A stretch of DNA of 64,000 bases, taken from Scenedesmus sp. PABB004. Lineage: Eukaryota. The position numbers and the translations under genes were made by a program. Shown piece after piece: positions 60,609 to 64,000 of this stretch; the stretch's first letter is position 1, and the number at the start of each line of letters is the position of its first letter. The notes under the pieces were generated by a model that saw nothing but the letters and a program-made list of their open reading frames with translations, was not told where the DNA came from and searched no databases. Location: contig CM026547.1 in assembly GCA_014905635.1 (NCBI GenBank), positions 1,426,001 to 1,490,000 of the forward strand. Direction: 5' to 3'.

Positions 60609-62125
60609 CTACGCCGGCGCGGAGCTCGCTGCCCCTGCGCCGTGCTCCCCTGGGAACTCTGCGCCCTGCCCGCTGCTGGCGCCCAGCTGCTGGGGCTGCT
60701 GCGGCGGCTGCGACGCCTCCGGCGGCGAGCTGTCGCCCTCGTCAAGCCGCGCCAGAAGGCTGCCCAGCGACGCCAGCTGGCGCTCCGCGTTGATGCGCCG
60801 CGCCCGCTCGGCTGCCAGCTCCGCCTGCAGCCGCGCGAGCTCGCCCTCCAGCTGCCGCCGGCGCTTGCGATCATGCCGCAGCCGGCTCTCAAAGCTGCCC
60901 ACCAGGTCGGGCGCGCCAGCGCCGCCTGCGGCGCCGCCCTCCGCGCCGGGTGGCAGCCATGCCTGCCCAGCCGCCGGCGCGGGCGGCTGCTCGTCGCCCG
61001 CGTCCGCGTCGGGCGCAGCGCCGCTGCTGCTGCTTGGGCCCGCCGCGGCCGCGGCCGCCGCGCCGGACGCTGCCATGGCCGCGGGCAGCTCACGGGCAAG
61101 CGCGTTTGCCACCGCAGCGGCCAGCTCGCTGAGCGAGCTCGGGCCACCAGAGGTCGCGCCACCGCTGCTGCTGCCTGGGGCCGGCGCCGCGCTGCCGCCG
61201 CCGCCGCCGCCCAGCGCCGCCTGCAGCGCGCCCGCCAGCGGGCTGCTCGTGCCGGCCTTGGCGCGCGCGGGCGGCGGGCGCTTGGCTGGGTACGACTGCA
61301 CCTGGTAGCCCCGCTCGTCCAGCCAGCGCCCCAGCGTGTCGCCGGGGGAGTCCAGCAGCTGCGGGCGGCGCGGCGCGGCGCGGGGCGGGGCGGGGCGTCG
61401 CGCGGCCGCTGCGGGGGGCGCCAGCCTTCTCTTCCCTGCTCAGCGCCGCGCCGCACCTTGATCGAGTAGCGCCACTTCTTCATCGCCCCGGCGCCGCCAT
61501 GCCGTTCCCACTCGCTCGGCAAAAACGTGGGCACTGTCCCGCCTGCGCGGCCCTTGGCCGTGCACACAGCGCACAGGCACGTCACGCGCTCGGTGTCGAC
61601 GCTGAACACGCCCGTCGCCGAGCCGCACTCGACGAGGCACGTGCGCTCCGGCAGCAGCGCCTGCAGCGCCGCGACCACGCCGCTGCCGGCGGCCGCCGCG
61701 CCGCCCGGGCCCTGCTCCTCCTGGGCAGGCGCTGCCGCCGGCTGCTCGTGCGGCTCCCCGCCGCAGGGCGGCTCTTGGGGCCCCTGCTGCACGCGCGCCT
61801 GCAGGTGCTGCCGCAGCAGCAGCTGCAGCTGCAGCAGCCGGACGTCCGGCGGCGCGCCGGGCGCGGCCGCGGCCGCGAGCGCGGGCGTGGGCGCGGGCGC
61901 GAGCAACGGCGGCGGCCCTGCCGCCGCCGCGTCGCCGCCGCGCCGGCCGGCCGCGGCGATCGCGGCCAGCGCGGCGAGGCTCTCGCAGCCACGCTGGCCG
62001 GCCGCGACTGCGGCCAGCGCGGCGAGGCCCTCGAGCGCGCCGCCGGCGCGCTGCTGGGCGCCGGCGCGCTGCTGCTGCTCGCCGCCGTCAGCCGCCTCCG
62101 CGCTCTCCTCCTCCGCCGCGCTCAT
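60609..62125 (-). CDS. SAND-domain DNA-binding protein with C-terminal coiled coil
   Basis: VECGSATGVF..VTCLCAVC..FLPSEWERHGGAGAMKKWRYSIK|LLDSPGDTLGRWL; coiled coil LRHDRKRRRQLEGELARLQAEL. Confidence 0.8.
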
Positions 62126-62654
62126 GCCCGGCGCCCGCTACCATGCACCAGCTCCGGCCTCCTCGACCGCACCGGCGGCATGCGCCTTTGGTTTGGCCTC
62201 AGCAGCGCCGGGCTGCGCCTCAGCGCCGGGCTGCCGGCGGCAGCAGCAGTCGCGGCGCGGGCGCGGCGGCGGCGGCGTGGGCAGGCGCTCGAGGCGCAGG
62301 CCGCACGCGTCGCCGTTGCTGGGATCCACGCCCGCGCGCGCTGGGGCCGCGGGAGCCAGCCGCGGGGCGCCGCGGCGTCGCACCTGGTGTGCGGGGGCCC
62401 CGTGCGCCACCCCTGAAGACCCGAGGGACCGATGTGAAAACGCGGGGACCTCGGCGACAGGGCGCCTGGACGCCCGCCGGCTGCGCGTCCGTAGTGCATC
62501 GGCGGCACAAGCGAGCAGCGCCCGACCCCAGGTCCCCCGACCCGCCTGGACGACCACTGTGTGCCCGCTGCCGCGCGGAGGCGACGCCAGCGCCGCCGCC
62601 GCCGCTCAGGCCGCGCCGCCGCTGCGGCCGGAGCTCGCTGCGGGCGGCGGGCGC

Positions 62655-64000
62655 ATGTCGGCCCTCCTCCTCCTGGCCGCGCGGGCGCGCCTCTCCAGGT
62701 GGGCTTCCAGCCGGGTGACGCGCCAGGCGGGCGCCTGGCCGCCTGACGCCGCCGCTGCCGCCGCCCCGCCGCACGCAGCGCGCCGTGGCAGCGGCAGCAG
62801 GCGGCGGCAGGGGTCGCCGCGGCCGCGGCCGCGCGCTTCAGCAGCAGCTGGCAGCCGCAGGCGCAGCAGGAGGGGGTCGGGCAGGAGCTGCTGGGCGAGC
62901 AGCTCGCAGGGGCGCCGGACCTGGGCTGGGCGGCGGCCGGCGCGGCGGCGCTCGACGCGCTGCACGCCGGCAGCGGGCTGCCCTGGTGGGCGGCGATCCC
63001 CGCGACCACGCTGGCGGTCAAGGTGCTGCTGCTGCCGGTCAGCCTGAAGCAGGCCAAGATCGTGCGCACCAACATGGTGCTCTGGGCGGAGTCGTCTGAG
63101 CTCGAGCGGCAGCGCCAGGCGCGCGAGGCACACGCCGCGGCGGCGGCGGCGGCGCCCGCCGCGGCGCCGGCCCGCCAGCAGCCGCTGGCGGCCGCCCGGG
63201 ACGCCGGCGCGGCGCCGGCGCAGCAGGCCGCCGGCGCGGCTGCGGCCGCGGCGGCGCTGCAGCAGCTCCTGCAATGGCAGCGCCGCGTGGCCACCTTTCA
63301 CGACCTGCGCCGCAAGTGCGCCGTCCCGCACCCCGCCTGGTTTGTGGTGAACCAGCTGCTGCAGGTTCGGCGGGCTCTGCCGGGCTCCGCGCGGCACGCC
63401 GCGGCGACGCAGCGCCGGCGGCGGCGCCGCCGCCGGCCGCCGCGTTGCCCGCTCACTTGCGCACCCGCCCGCCCCGCCCGCCGCGCCGCGCTGTGCCCGT
63501 CGCGCGCAGTGGCCGGTCTTCATATACCTGTCATACAGCGTGCGCAGCATGGCCCAGGCCGGCTGGCCGGGGTTTGCGAGCGAGGGCGCGCTGTGGTTCC
63601 GTGACCTCACGCTGCCGGCGCTGGTGCTCGGCGGCGCCGCGCCGGAGCTGCCCATGGGACTGCCGGGCCTGGTGCTGCCGCTCGCGGTCACGGGCGTGAT
63701 GCTGACCAGCATACGCATCGGCTTCAGGGCATCAGGTGCCGCCGGCGCGCGCAGAGGGGCCGGGGCCGCGCCGTCGCACGGCCCGCGCGGGCCGTGCGCC
63801 GACCGCCGACCGCCGCCGCGGCCGCGCCGGTCCGCAGGCGCGGCGTCGCGGCACCCCAGCGTGGCGGGCACGTGGCTGGCGCCGCTGCTGGCCTGGCTGC
63901 CGCCGCTGCTGTACGGGCTCACCCTCGCCAGCACCTACATCAAGCTGCAGCTGCCCCAGGCCGCGCTGCTGCACTGGCTCGCGAGCAGCAGCTTCACGCT
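62655..64000 (+). CDS. Oxa1/Cox18/YidC family membrane insertase (3' truncated by the window)
   Basis: LHAGSGLPWWAAIPATTLAVKVLLLP, QWPVFIYLSYSVRSM, GFASEGALWFRDLT, LPQAALLHWLASSSF. Confidence 0.88.

Overview
Extremely GC-rich, intron-dense eukaryotic nuclear DNA. Features include ~100 bp introns and TGTAA poly(A) signals, which fit a chlorophyte green alga, probably Sphaeropleales-like (inference). About 18 spliced protein-coding genes can be reconstructed by eye: an F-box protein, a small secreted Trp/Gly/Cys peptide, a COG0523/CobW GTPase with a WW domain, an unknown gene X, a HugZ/HOZ-like split-barrel + DUF2470 protein, glutamyl-tRNA reductase (HEMA), NAD(P) transhydrogenase, YebC/TACO1, a sulfotransferase-like protein, NSRP1/CCDC55, a secreted Cys-rich protein, an RCC1-UBA-HECT E3 ligase, LSM14/DCP5, a multi-SAP + degenerate tandem D-Ala-D-Ala ligase fusion, a hotdog thioesterase, aspartate aminotransferase, a SNAP25-type SNARE, a SAND protein and an Oxa1/Cox18 insertase (truncated). 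Four results stand out. (1) A recent ~4.6 kb inversion has ~600 bp and ~530 bp inverted breakpoint duplications and a templated filler, creating a chimeric HEMA-promoter mini-gene. (2) CobW, HOZ and HEMA form a heme/zinc gene neighbourhood. (3) An apparently catalytically dead Ddl carries four SAP domains. (4) Many introns appear to use GC donors. Gene coordinates are start-to-stop spans including introns, read manually. Homology calls rest on recognised motifs, not on database searches.
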